Source: Candidatus Omnitrophota bacterium (GTDB lineage: Bacteria; Omnitrophota; Gorgyraeia; Zapsychrales; Fredricksoniimonadaceae). From it: a DNA stretch of 64,000 nt. A program made the position numbers and the translations under genes. Numbering within the stretch: position 1 is the stretch's first letter; each line of letters opens with the position of its first letter. Shown here piece by piece: positions 1 to 10,004 of this stretch. The stretch is from NCBI GenBank assembly GCA_903860135.1, contig CAIOPG010000009.1:111805-175804 (forward strand). The letters run 5' to 3'. The notes under the pieces were generated by a model that ran no database searches, was not told the origin of the DNA, and saw only the letters and a program-made list of their open reading frames with translations.

Positions 1-237
1 AACATTTTCAGCCGATGTTAAAATCATCCCGGTATCGAGCAAGTCTGAAACCTGCGCTTCCGGAACATATGTGGATTGTAAATCTGTCGTTAAGGTGTTT
101 GCTTCCTGAATGGCAACGACCGTCACCGGTGTTTCCGCAGGCGTTAAGGGTATAAAGGCAGGGAACAGATCAGAAGCGGATAAAAGAATCCGCGGCTCAA
201 GCGCTTCAAGTTGAAATTTTGACTGTCTTGAATTCAC
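1..237 (-). CDS. LEPR-XLL leader-containing secreted protein, N-terminus only (runs off left edge; probably large)
   Basis: Not in ORF track. Manual translation from GTG 237 (AGGA 8 nt upstream; alternative TTG 300): MNSRQSKFQLEALEPRILLSASDLFPAFIPLTPAETPVTVVAIQEANTLTTDLQSTYVP..., open to position 1. LEPRxLLS motif at 175-216. Confidence 0.85.
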   Translation of the reverse strand, partial: MNSRQSKFQLEALEPRILLSASDLFPAFIPLTPAETPVTVVAIQEANTLTTDLQSTYVPEAQVSDLLDTGMILTSAENV

Positions 238-344
238 AAGCGGTATCCTGCCAAGATCAGGTGTATAAATTTTTTGATGATAAATTGAATTTACATCCAA
301 AGCCTGTTTACTGTCAACACCAAAATAAAAATTTTTTAAAGCCC

Positions 345-2333
345 TCAGGCAATATCGCCCTGACCGAAAGATAGTCCGTCTTCCAGCCATGTGTCGGCCT
401 GCAGGACACTGCGGCGGCGCTGAGAATTACTCCTTAAGGCCGCAGCCTGGGCCCAATGGATCAGCCCTTGTGCAGCCTGATAAGCACCGGGATGCCCCTG
501 TTCCAATGCATAAGCGATTCGCTGGCGGACTGCTTCGGGTAAATATCGGCACAACAACTCATCATCCAGACTGACAAAAGACCGGGCACTGCCCGCATCT
601 CCCTGTCGTGCCGCCCGGCCAAAAAGTTGCCGGTCGATGCGCCGGCTTTCATGGCATTCGGTAGCAATAACATGCAACCCGCCCAAAGCCGCCACACCAT
701 TACCCAACAGAATATCCGTTCCGCGGCCAGCCATATTTGTGGCTACTGTTATCGCACCGTGCTGTCCGGCCTGGGCGACAATAGCCGCTTCTTCCTTATG
801 TTGAACCGCATTCAAAACCCGGTGAGACAAGTTCAACCGATCCAATCTGCGGGACAGGTCTTCACTGATCCGCACACTGCGCGTGCCGATCAGGACCGGC
901 CGTCCGCTGTGGTGAATCCGGGATATCTCTTCTGTAATGGCCTGCCATTTGGCTTCGTGAGTAACGCGTATCTGACGCTTATAAACCTGACGCTGGCAAG
1001 GTTTGTTTTCCAGGATTGGCACCACCGTCAGTCCATAGACCTGCCATAACTCCTGCCGAGCTTCACGCGCCGTACCGGTCATCCCGCACAACCGATGAAA
1101 GAACCGGAAGAATCGCTGAAAACTCAGCCGAGCCAAGGTCTCATTCATAGGCGAAATATCAAGGTTCTCCTTGGCCTCTATCATCTGATGCAATCCGGCC
1201 TGCCAGCTGCGTTGTGCCATCTTGCGGCCGGTGAACTCATCGACGATCACCACCTTGCCCTGATCCAGGACATATTGTTTGTCGCGAATATAGAATTCTC
1301 GTGCGGTCAAAGCCTGTTCCATCAACTCTTCGAGCCGGTGCACCCCCTGGAACATGACCGGAAAGCCTGCTGCTGCCGCCACAAGCCGTTCACGGCCGCG
1401 CCCGGTGATCCTAACCTCGTGATAACGGGTATCCACCTGATAATCAATGAGAGGATCGAATACCCCGGCCAACCTGGCAGCTGCGAAGCAGGCCGCAGTC
1501 AAAAATTGATCATTGCGGGCGCTGGATATGATCAGCGGCGTAACAGCTTCATCGATCAGCACACTATCGGCTTCATCCACAATAGCACTGTGGATCCCCC
1601 GCATCACCAGTTGCTGATCAAAGCGGGCCTGCATGCCCAAATAAGAGCGAATTTGCCGCCGATTATATTTCTGCAAGAGTCCCAAAAAAAGCCGGTCGCG
1701 CAGAAAATCCGCAGCCATTTCCTTTGCCGTCACATAGGTGATATCTTTCAAATAGTTTTCCCGGCGTTCAACGGGACTCATCACCCCGGTTACCGCGCCT
1801 GCGGAAACCCCGCAATAATCATACAAAGGTTTTAGCCAACGGCTATCCCGTTCGGCCAGATAATCATTAACAGTGATGATATGAGCCGGCAGGCCTGTCC
1901 AACCCAGAAGGACCGCATAAAGACCGGCCGTAAGGGTTTTTCCTTCTCCGGTAGCCATCTCAATGATATGGCCTTGGGCCAGGCCAAGGGCGCCGGCCAT
2001 CTGCACCCGATACGGGTCCAGTCCCAGACTGCGGCGAGCCGATTCCCGTACGGCGGCCAATGCCGACAGGATCGACTGTTCATGACCTGTCTTATGCCGC
2101 CGAAAAATGGAACGATATTGCCGTAACGAGGCCTTGAGCTGATCATCAGACATTCGTTCCATGGCCGATCGATACGTTTCGATGGCCATCGCTGATGTGC
2201 GCAATCGGCGGCTGACCAAAGGTGAATTGCGGAATAGCCCGGCGATATGGGCAAAGACCGCATCCGGCCCCGTCGGTAGAGGGCGAGGGCGAACAATAAG
2301 TGTCCGTTGATAGTCGTGACTCAATGTACTCAT
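345..2333 (-). CDS. Secondary SecA-like (SecA_DEAD) ATPase lacking the C-terminal wing/scaffold region
   Basis: SecA motifs EMATGEGKT, TVNDYLAERD, VDEADSVLIDEA, GMTGTA, ATNMAGRGTDI, HESRRIDRQLFGRAARQGDAG. About 662 aa. Start placed at ATG 2333 (TGATG overlap with the upstream gene) rather than 2402. Confidence 0.9.
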   Translation of the reverse strand: MSTLSHDYQRTLIVRPRPLPTGPDAVFAHIAGLFRNSPLVSRRLRTSAMAIETYRSAMERMSDDQLKASLRQYRSIFRRHKTGHEQSILSALAAVRESARRSLGLDPYRVQMAGALGLAQGHIIEMATGEGKTLTAGLYAVLLGWTGLPAHIITVNDYLAERDSRWLKPLYDYCGVSAGAVTGVMSPVERRENYLKDITYVTAKEMAADFLRDRLFLGLLQKYNRRQIRSYLGMQARFDQQLVMRGIHSAIVDEADSVLIDEAVTPLIISSARNDQFLTAACFAAARLAGVFDPLIDYQVDTRYHEVRITGRGRERLVAAAAGFPVMFQGVHRLEELMEQALTAREFYIRDKQYVLDQGKVVIVDEFTGRKMAQRSWQAGLHQMIEAKENLDISPMNETLARLSFQRFFRFFHRLCGMTGTAREARQELWQVYGLTVVPILENKPCQRQVYKRQIRVTHEAKWQAITEEISRIHHSGRPVLIGTRSVRISEDLSRRLDRLNLSHRVLNAVQHKEEAAIVAQAGQHGAITVATNMAGRGTDILLGNGVAALGGLHVIATECHESRRIDRQLFGRAARQGDAGSARSFVSLDDELLCRYLPEAVRQRIAYALEQGHPGAYQAAQGLIHWAQAAALRSNSQRRRSVLQADTWLEDGLSFGQGDIA

Positions 2334-4486
2334 CAGAGATAGTAGCGTTTCTGCAACAACTGTTGAACCCGGCGCCAGCCTTGTTTGAAAAGGGGCTCCC
2401 ATCGCAAATTATACCGGATGACTCCTGAACGGCCGTGCCAGAACACCACTCTTGCAGAATGCTCAAGCCCAACGCGCAACTCATAAAATGGTTCCGCTGA
2501 TTTGCGTCCGCTCTGGTCTTTGACATCCACCGGGATATCACCGCCCCCCATCCAGCCCAGGGCCAACGAAGGCAGTTCAGATTGCTCCATGGGAATCTTG
2601 ACATAACTCCGGCCAGCGATATCGATGTGGGCCTGGCCATGCAAACGCACCGTCGAAGAAAGAATCTCGTTAGCAAAAATACGCGACACATCCTGTTCCG
2701 ATACAACACTACGAAAAACAAAAGACCTCTCGTCAACGAGCTGACCCACGGGAAAGCCGCGCGGCAGCCACATTCCCCGGTAATTGGCCAAGTTGGGTGC
2801 TGACCACTGGGCATCGATCGGCGCCCGTACCAGGCATTCTTTCTGCTGACCCATCAGCTGATCCAGCTGTTCCTGTAAAGCTGCTATCCGCCGCTGGGTT
2901 GGATGAATATCTGCCGTAGTCCGCGCCAAATTTTCATGCAAACGGGCATTCTCCTGCTCAATGGCAGCTTTCACATCCTGAACTTTCCAGTCTAATTCCT
3001 GGTTCTCGATCCGTAAAAGCAATGTCCCTCTCTGGACACGGGAGCCGGACAAAGCCGGGGCCTCATGGATGATACCGGCCACAGGCATGGCAACCATCTG
3101 ATAGCCAGAAGCCTCGAGCACTCCCGTCGTCTTAAACGATGAAGGGAAGGGAATGATCGAACCAAAAAGGATCACGGCGAGGGCACCACCACCACATACG
3201 GCATAAGCCCGGCCTCGGACCTTCATCAGGCGTGGATTAAAGAAAAGATACTGGCTGGTACGGATAAGCGGCAAAATACCCCATGATACAAGCCCTGCGG
3301 CCCCCATCAGCATACCTAATAACAGAAAACGGTCCGATATAAAAAATAGGATGCCGATGGACAAAAAGAACCGGTAAATACCGCTCAGTATCCCATAAAT
3401 CGTCAACCACACGGCTTCTTTCCTTGACGTTACCGGCGGCTGAGCCTCGCGCATACCAAACACATAGCGTTCCAGGAAATAAGTCATTTCCTGCTGCGCC
3501 AACTGCGCCATATTGGCAATATCAAGAAGATCAGAAAGAATATAATAGCCGTCGTAACGCAACAGAGGGTTAATATTGAACAGGACCGTTGAGACCGATG
3601 CCACAAAAATAATATTATAAGCCAGGGAGTGGATCAGTCCCGGTCCGGTGGCCGCCCAGACAAAAACAGCCAGTGCGGCAATAAAAAGTTCCACGATCAT
3701 GCCAGCTGACCCCACCATGACGCGCGCAATTTTACGGCGAAACGCCCAAGCCCCGGACGCATCCACATAGGGCAATGGCGTAAAGATCATGAACATCACG
3801 CCCATAACATGCGTTTCTCCGCCAAAATGCCTGACGGCCATGGCATGCCCGAATTCATGCAAGGTCTTGACCAGCGCGAGTCCCAGATATAAAAGAAGAA
3901 GATTGGATGGCGCTAGAATCCCCTGGCTTTGCGCCTGCAATTCCTGCCAATGATCAACAGCACTTTTTATAGCAAACCCAAGCACCGCCAACCATAAAGC
4001 CGCTCCGAGTTTAGAAAAAATCCAGCAAAAGAACGGATAGACCCGATTCAGCCAGGGTTGAGGATCTAACAACGGGATACGGAAAAACATAATATTCTGC
4101 AGATTGAACCAACGGGTCTTGCGCTGGCGTTGTTGATTCCGTTCAAACAAGCGAAGACTTTCCCACGGCATCCGATACTGTAACAGATTAGCCTGATACA
4201 GCTGAGACAAAAGCTGAACCAGTTCTTCCTGGCCAGGAGCATGGTCCGGATCACGTTCCAGTGCTTGACGCCAAACATCTTCAACCGTATGCAATCCGTT
4301 CAAACGGGATAAAAATTCCCAGGCTTCGGGGCGAATACGAAAAAACGTATTCCCCAGCGGATCTTCGAGCACATACCATTTCTGTCCCTGAAAAAATTGC
4401 CGCCGGATATTCACAGCGGAACGCAAACAGATACGCTGGTCGGCAATACGGTACCAGGATTCATGGAACATTTTACTCTGGGACAT
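2333..4486 (-). CDS. M50 site-2 intramembrane metalloprotease fused to a C-terminal HlyD-like adaptor; N-terminal PqqD/RRE-like domain
   Basis: HEFGH zinc motif, NINPLLRYDG motif, multiple TM helices; C-terminal lipoyl/coiled-coil region (VAMPVAGII...LVRAPIDA). Confidence 0.85.
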   Translation of the reverse strand: MSQSKMFHESWYRIADQRICLRSAVNIRRQFFQGQKWYVLEDPLGNTFFRIRPEAWEFLSRLNGLHTVEDVWRQALERDPDHAPGQEELVQLLSQLYQANLLQYRMPWESLRLFERNQQRQRKTRWFNLQNIMFFRIPLLDPQPWLNRVYPFFCWIFSKLGAALWLAVLGFAIKSAVDHWQELQAQSQGILAPSNLLLLYLGLALVKTLHEFGHAMAVRHFGGETHVMGVMFMIFTPLPYVDASGAWAFRRKIARVMVGSAGMIVELFIAALAVFVWAATGPGLIHSLAYNIIFVASVSTVLFNINPLLRYDGYYILSDLLDIANMAQLAQQEMTYFLERYVFGMREAQPPVTSRKEAVWLTIYGILSGIYRFFLSIGILFFISDRFLLLGMLMGAAGLVSWGILPLIRTSQYLFFNPRLMKVRGRAYAVCGGGALAVILFGSIIPFPSSFKTTGVLEASGYQMVAMPVAGIIHEAPALSGSRVQRGTLLLRIENQELDWKVQDVKAAIEQENARLHENLARTTADIHPTQRRIAALQEQLDQLMGQQKECLVRAPIDAQWSAPNLANYRGMWLPRGFPVGQLVDERSFVFRSVVSEQDVSRIFANEILSSTVRLHGQAHIDIAGRSYVKIPMEQSELPSLALGWMGGGDIPVDVKDQSGRKSAEPFYELRVGLEHSARVVFWHGRSGVIRYNLRWEPLFKQGWRRVQQLLQKRYYL

Positions 4487-4492
4487 AAAGTG

Positions 4493-6355
4493 TCACCACC
4501 AGAACTTAACAAGCAGAAAATCAAGCGTTTTGTGCGTCCACATCCACAGCAAGGTCTTGTACCCGCCCCGGAGTTTACCAACACCCGTCATGCCTGGCCG
4601 CCACCACGACGGAGTTTCAGACAATAATGCCGCGTGGACAACAAAATAATTACCCTTGTCATTGGCTATCGCGACAGGTTCAATGCGTATAACCTTGACC
4701 CGGCGCATATCCTGAGGGCGGCTGGCCAGAATGACTTGTCCGTCAACCGCAAACTTAAGGTGTTGTATCTCCGATTCAGGGACATTCAATTCCACATAGA
4801 TCTTGCCGGACCGCGCAACCCGAAATAAATTTTCTCCCTGACGCACAATCGAACCGATACGTTCCTTGAGGTCCCCCTCAACAATAATGCCGTCAAACGG
4901 AGATTTAATGTCCATCTGTGACAAACGATATTGCACAAGCCCTCGCTTGGCAGTCGTCTGATCCACCATCGCCTGGGCCATGCGCATCGTTGCCAGATCA
5001 TCCTGCGCCCGGACTTTTTCTGTTTCACGTTGATAACGGCTGATCTCCGCCTCGAGCGACGAACTCTCGAGTTGCAATTCATCCTTATCCAACTGCAGGA
5101 GAACCTGACCCGTCACAACGTCATCTCCTGGGCGTACATTCACCGCGGCAATATGCCCGTCGGTCGGAGCCGTCAGGTAAGCCACATTATCGGTGCGCAC
5201 GATCACAGGCGCATGGACCTGATAAGGAAACGGAATAAGTGCCATGAGGATCACCAAACAACCAGCCCCTATCCAGAGATAACGCCAAAACTCTTTTCTG
5301 TTCTCTTGCCACCTGGCCAAAACCGACAAAAAACGGTGCCAAGCTACAAATCCGATCCAGCGGTCATTGTCTTTCAGGTCCGCCATTCGGCGAGAAATCC
5401 CATCACATTCCATATGAATCAACGCCAATTCCTGGGATGTAAAAGCACCGGTGGTGCGTTCTAACACAAAGCCGGCGACGGGAACGTCATTAAGACGTAA
5501 GGGAACTGTACAAAGAAACGGAAGTTTCTGCGATTTCTGGTACGCTTCATGGTCACGAACAATATGCCGGCCACTATTATCATGAGGCATGACAATCTCG
5601 GTATTTTGATCGAGTGCTTCCTCGACAACGGCCTCGAGCATTTTCACCTGATCCATCTTGGCTTCAAAATGATCCCGATGACTGATCGCCTTAAGCCGCA
5701 CATAATGCTTTTCCAGCCAGCCTAGACTGACCTGCTGACATTGATGGCGTCCGGCTATTTCATTGCATACCACCATCGCCGCGGCAAGGAAATGTTTCTC
5801 ATTATTGATCAATGAAGAAAGGTCAAGAATCCCGGCCAGATTTTCTACCTGTCCTTTAGCTTCCTGAAGCAGGCGCACGGTGTTGTAACTGGCAGGCACA
5901 TCCGCCAGCAGCAAGAGTTTTTCAAAACGCTCGGCGTTCGGCCGTGCGGTTCCTGAAGGCAGAATGAACCCCGCATAACATAAATCCTGCGACCGTCCGG
6001 TTAAAATGGGAAGTGCGACCACAAAACGATCGCCACTGATCCAAATGTCAACCACTGCCGTTGTACCAGCTAAAATATCCCGGTGAGAAAGCCACTCCAG
6101 AAAAATCCCGATCAGAAAGTGGGACTTTTTATCTGCGGGTGCTACCGTAATGGCCTGCCATGATTGACCGATGCCAGCATTCTTTACAGCAAGAACCCCG
6201 ACTTCCGCCTGACACTTCTTACAAAGGAAATCCAGATACGCTGGCCAAAATTCAGCCGGAGTCCCAATAAAATTCCGCAAGGCCAGAGCATCCGCCGGAG
6301 CGTTGTTCGGTGCAGGCGGTGGCCCGCTGTTATGGCGCGGTGAGTCCATTGTCAT
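4493..6355 (-). CDS. GAF-domain-containing HlyD-family periplasmic adaptor
   Basis: N-terminal GAF-like regions (LCTVPLRLNDVPVAGFVLER), a TM helix, then LTAPTDGHIAAVNVRPGDDV, IKSPFDGII and WWRPGMTG membrane-fusion-protein motifs. Confidence 0.8.
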   Translation of the reverse strand: MTMDSPRHNSGPPPAPNNAPADALALRNFIGTPAEFWPAYLDFLCKKCQAEVGVLAVKNAGIGQSWQAITVAPADKKSHFLIGIFLEWLSHRDILAGTTAVVDIWISGDRFVVALPILTGRSQDLCYAGFILPSGTARPNAERFEKLLLLADVPASYNTVRLLQEAKGQVENLAGILDLSSLINNEKHFLAAAMVVCNEIAGRHQCQQVSLGWLEKHYVRLKAISHRDHFEAKMDQVKMLEAVVEEALDQNTEIVMPHDNSGRHIVRDHEAYQKSQKLPFLCTVPLRLNDVPVAGFVLERTTGAFTSQELALIHMECDGISRRMADLKDNDRWIGFVAWHRFLSVLARWQENRKEFWRYLWIGAGCLVILMALIPFPYQVHAPVIVRTDNVAYLTAPTDGHIAAVNVRPGDDVVTGQVLLQLDKDELQLESSSLEAEISRYQRETEKVRAQDDLATMRMAQAMVDQTTAKRGLVQYRLSQMDIKSPFDGIIVEGDLKERIGSIVRQGENLFRVARSGKIYVELNVPESEIQHLKFAVDGQVILASRPQDMRRVKVIRIEPVAIANDKGNYFVVHAALLSETPSWWRPGMTGVGKLRGGYKTLLWMWTHKTLDFLLVKFWW

Positions 6356-7208
6356 TTGATAATGTCATGACAGCATTAAGGCCTGGCACAACACCTCCCT
6401 TATCATTATCGAGCAACACCTTGATTTTGCGCAGGCCGCTGGCGGCATCGGCTACAGGGGCAATATACTCTACCACCCCTTCCCGTCGTACCATCTGCTC
6501 CCCATCTCCTATCTTGAGAAAAACCCTGCGCCCGGTTTGTAACTGGCTGGCCAAATTATGATCAACATTCGTCACGAAACGAACCTTGCTAACATCAACC
6601 ACTCGAAAGACAGCTTCCTGCGGTTGGCAGGACTCGCCCGCCTCCAGCTTGAGGTCTACCACAATCCCGTCGAAAGGCGCCTTGATGAACCGCTTGTTAA
6701 GTTCGGCATTGGCCAGTTGGAATTCAAGCTGTTCACGCCGGCGTGTAACTTTCAAGTTGGCCACTTCATACTTGGCCAGGTCATAGTCCAGTTTCTTTTT
6801 GCGCAACTCCTCGGCACTGACGGAATGGGTTTGCTGATAAAGCGCCAGCGTACCTTTAAGGTCGTATAACAACAGCGCCACCTTGCTTAAGGCCGAATCA
6901 AGTTCACTGCTGTTGGTGGCAATAAGTTTACGCCGTTCCACTTCAAGCGTTTCGACTTCTTTTTCCAACTCAACCACCGGATCACCGCTTTTTACACAAT
7001 CACCTTCTTTATGGACAAGGCGAGCCACCTTACCGGCCACTTCAACCCCGATCTTTGCTTGACGGAAAGGCTCAATAATACCAGCACTCGAAAACGCTTC
7101 CGCACACCAGCCTTGACCGGGAGCCACTAGGATCATCGCAAATAATAAAAATATTCCGCCACTCCATGCGCGTATGCCTTGACGAGAAAAATAATTCAAG
7201 AATTTCAT
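6330..7208 (-). CDS. Efflux/secretion periplasmic adaptor subunit (HlyD/MFP)
   Basis: Signal/TM helix; VAGKVARLVHKEGDCVKSGDPVVEL, IKAPFDGIV, IAPVADAASG, VVPG motifs; GAGG RBS before ATG 7208. Confidence 0.85.
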   Translation of the reverse strand: MKFLNYFSRQGIRAWSGGIFLLFAMILVAPGQGWCAEAFSSAGIIEPFRQAKIGVEVAGKVARLVHKEGDCVKSGDPVVELEKEVETLEVERRKLIATNSSELDSALSKVALLLYDLKGTLALYQQTHSVSAEELRKKKLDYDLAKYEVANLKVTRRREQLEFQLANAELNKRFIKAPFDGIVVDLKLEAGESCQPQEAVFRVVDVSKVRFVTNVDHNLASQLQTGRRVFLKIGDGEQMVRREGVVEYIAPVADAASGLRKIKVLLDNDKGGVVPGLNAVMTLSNDNGLTAP

Positions 7209-7209
7209 T

Positions 7210-8856
7210 TTAGTCCTCAAGTTTTTCGTAATATTTTGAATACAACTTTGTGTTCTCGCTATAACTTTCCAGATTATTGTCGATCAACAACGAACCGCGC
7301 GTCAGGGCCAATTCCTGCACCATCTGATAATAGCGAACCTGTTGTTCGAGTGTTTTCTTTCGCGTATCCGCGTATTTTTCATTGACTTCATAAACCAAAC
7401 GATTATGACTTAACCCCATCTTCATTTTTCGAATCTCTATGTTCAGTAAAGACTTTTTAATGTCCGACGCGGTCTGATATGCCTTAACCCGCTGATTGAG
7501 TAGTTTTACCCGAGTAACAAGGGTATTGACCACCGCCATTACCGCAAAGCGGGTTTGCTTAAAGGATTCTTCGGATTTCTTACGTTTAATGCGGGCAGAA
7601 TCCAGTTCCCGACGCTCCTTAAACCCCAAAAGAAGAGGCACCTTGACTTCAAACCCGACAGACCAAGCGGGATAATTGTGATCTTGGATCTCATGCCAAG
7701 CTACCGAATTATCACGTCCATAGCCATTGTACCCGTAACGTCCGTTGACGTTGACTTCTGGAAAAGATTGATTGAGATAATAACGGTAGGCCATCTTGTC
7801 GCGCTCCAACTCATGGATCTTGATCATGATATCCGGCTGCCAATTTAATTCGTCTTCTGAAAGGCGCTCCAGATGAACCTTCATTTGCTTGTCGATCCAC
7901 CCACCGGATCGAGACATCCCTTGCACCCTGATCTTATGAACCGAATTATATTCTCGCTTGTATCCCAAGGTGATCTTAAGTTGATTCATAGCCACCAGCT
8001 GATCTTCATAAGCTTCACAGCGTGCGGCCAGCCCTTGCAAGAACTCAGAGCGGATATCCAGCAATTCAGCCTCGGACATCTTGCCCACGTTGTGGCGCAC
8101 CCGGCCGTCATCGAGCAACCATTTTAAAATGTGATACGTATCTGATGCAATACAAAATTTCTGTTGGGCAAAAGCCAGATTCCAGTACGCCGCCTGCACC
8201 TGATAAATACCTGCCATCAGTTTCTGACGGTATTGATGGTACCCGATAACACGATCTTCCAAAGCCAACCGTGTTTTGACCATTGGCGCACCAGACCATG
8301 CCCCTTTCAATAATGGCTGTGATAAATCCGCCCCGGTAAAGGCCTCATATTCACGCCCTGGCCGTGGATTAATATTGCTACGGATAGAATTCAAGGTATA
8401 CGCCAGTTTATATTCAGCGCCGGTAGGTAAAGCCCCCTTCAAACCGGTACTGTATTTGTCGGTCAAATCGTCATAGACCGGAAGGCCGCCCAAAGCAACA
8501 CTTTCTTGAGAGGTGTTCTCCCTTTTCAGGCCTTCTCTATTATAGGAGGCAAATACCTGTGGCTCGAATTCCCCAAGGCTAGCGACAACGGCATTGCGGC
8601 GTATCAACCAATCGTGGTAGGCATCCCTAACCTCAGGGTTGGTCTTGATCGCTTGGGCAACAACATCCATCAATGACAAGTCAGCTACAGGCAACGCTAA
8701 CGCTGTCGTTGTCCGGGTTAACGATAACAATATAAAAAGAATAATCGGGAATAAAGAATGAGGCATAACACGTGCGGTCAAGAAGCAAAGAAACACTTTC
8801 ATCACGTTATTCACCATTAGCAAGAAAGGTATCCATCGTCTCAAAACCAAAGTCAA
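7210..8856 (-). CDS. TolC-family outer membrane channel
   Basis: OEP-type motifs AIKTNPEV, LSQPLLKG, AYWNL, FPEVNVNGRYG, WSVGFEVKVPL; GAGG before TTG 8856 (exact start uncertain). Confidence 0.85.
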   Translation of the reverse strand: MTLVLRRWIPFLLMVNNVMKVFLCFLTARVMPHSLFPIILFILLSLTRTTTALALPVADLSLMDVVAQAIKTNPEVRDAYHDWLIRRNAVVASLGEFEPQVFASYNREGLKRENTSQESVALGGLPVYDDLTDKYSTGLKGALPTGAEYKLAYTLNSIRSNINPRPGREYEAFTGADLSQPLLKGAWSGAPMVKTRLALEDRVIGYHQYRQKLMAGIYQVQAAYWNLAFAQQKFCIASDTYHILKWLLDDGRVRHNVGKMSEAELLDIRSEFLQGLAARCEAYEDQLVAMNQLKITLGYKREYNSVHKIRVQGMSRSGGWIDKQMKVHLERLSEDELNWQPDIMIKIHELERDKMAYRYYLNQSFPEVNVNGRYGYNGYGRDNSVAWHEIQDHNYPAWSVGFEVKVPLLLGFKERRELDSARIKRKKSEESFKQTRFAVMAVVNTLVTRVKLLNQRVKAYQTASDIKKSLLNIEIRKMKMGLSHNRLVYEVNEKYADTRKKTLEQQVRYYQMVQELALTRGSLLIDNNLESYSENTKLYSKYYEKLED

Positions 8857-9181
8857 TTGTCCTCTTTAGTCTTCAAGGGTCTACTTAAACACAAAGCATC
8901 TGGTTAAAATCATTGATCTTTATGGCAGACAACAAGACTCTACTTAAATATAAATTTTGATATTTTTGATTGACAAGAAATACTACAACATAAATCGAAA
9001 TTCATCAATAAAATAAAATTTCACAAATATGACCCGAACTCCAAATTATAACTAGCACACGATGGATCAATAAATTATCTATAGGTCGGAGAGGCTAAGT
9101 GAACAACGGCATACTTCACGCCGTCAAGGACAGCAGCCATAGCAGTAATGACATGCCGTGTTATCTCCTGATGCAATACGA

Positions 9182-9889
9182 TTACGACAGATTTTCTTCC
9201 TTATGCCCACGCTCCCGCCCTGAATACACCGTCCTCGGTGGGACAATGGTGCCCTTGGGAACGATAACGCCGGGGGCGATGATGGCGTGATCGCCGATCT
9301 CGACGCCGGGCATGATCACGGAGTTTAATCCTACAACGACATGCGCCCCGATCTTGACCTTCTTTAACTTCAGCCCCTTGCGCTCGAACAAATGGCAAAT
9401 GACCGTGGCATTGCCGCCAATGACCGTATTATCGCCGATCTCCAGTAATGAAAGGTCTGCCACATTCTTGGAGTTGATCTGCACATTCAAGCCAAGCTTT
9501 GCCCCCATCATGCGGTAAAAAAGATTCGCAAAGGGCGTCAAGAGCATGAAATCCATGAAGAACGCCTTGACCGCCTGCACGAGCGCGTTCAAGAAGAACC
9601 ACTTGAAAAGTTCGCCGTCCTTAAATCCAAAAGAGCCTTCCTTGAGCCGAAGGCACAGCAATATATTCAACATGCCTACAAAGAACATCAGCGTCAAACC
9701 AAAGAAAAAGAAACCGGCAGCGATTCCAATACCCAGCGCCAACGCGCGGTGAAAGCTTGGCCAATCCGCCGAAACCTGGATCAAATTCAACAACACCGCC
9801 AGCGCCGGTGCCAGCGCCGCCCCGACGACCAAGGCGCCAAGGAAATATAAGAACACCACAATAACGCCCTGCACGATCGCTCGGATCAT
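9182..9889 (-). CDS. Membrane-anchored hexapeptide-repeat (left-handed beta-helix) acyltransferase
   Basis: N-terminal TM helices; LbH repeats IGDNTVIGGNATV, IGAHVVVGLNSVIMPGVEIGDHAIIAPG. Confidence 0.8.
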   Translation of the reverse strand: MIRAIVQGVIVVFLYFLGALVVGAALAPALAVLLNLIQVSADWPSFHRALALGIGIAAGFFFFGLTLMFFVGMLNILLCLRLKEGSFGFKDGELFKWFFLNALVQAVKAFFMDFMLLTPFANLFYRMMGAKLGLNVQINSKNVADLSLLEIGDNTVIGGNATVICHLFERKGLKLKKVKIGAHVVVGLNSVIMPGVEIGDHAIIAPGVIVPKGTIVPPRTVYSGRERGHKEENLS

Positions 9890-10004
9890 AAATGATCCCC
9901 CCTATACCAATTGTTTAATATTGCAGAATAACCCCATCCTATCGGCTTTCAGTTTCACTCTCCGTGTCACTTAAATATGACCATTCAAATTGAACAATCA
10001 AAGT

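Noticed and set aside
345-2402. Housekeeping secA
   Set aside because: Too short, lacks the wing/scaffold and C-terminal regions, and sits in a TolC operon; treated as a secondary SecA_DEAD protein.
9116-9170. AGGAG followed by a 12-codon ORF (MSLLLWLLSLTA) on the minus strand
   Set aside because: Too short and RBS spacing marginal; could be chance or a gene remnant.
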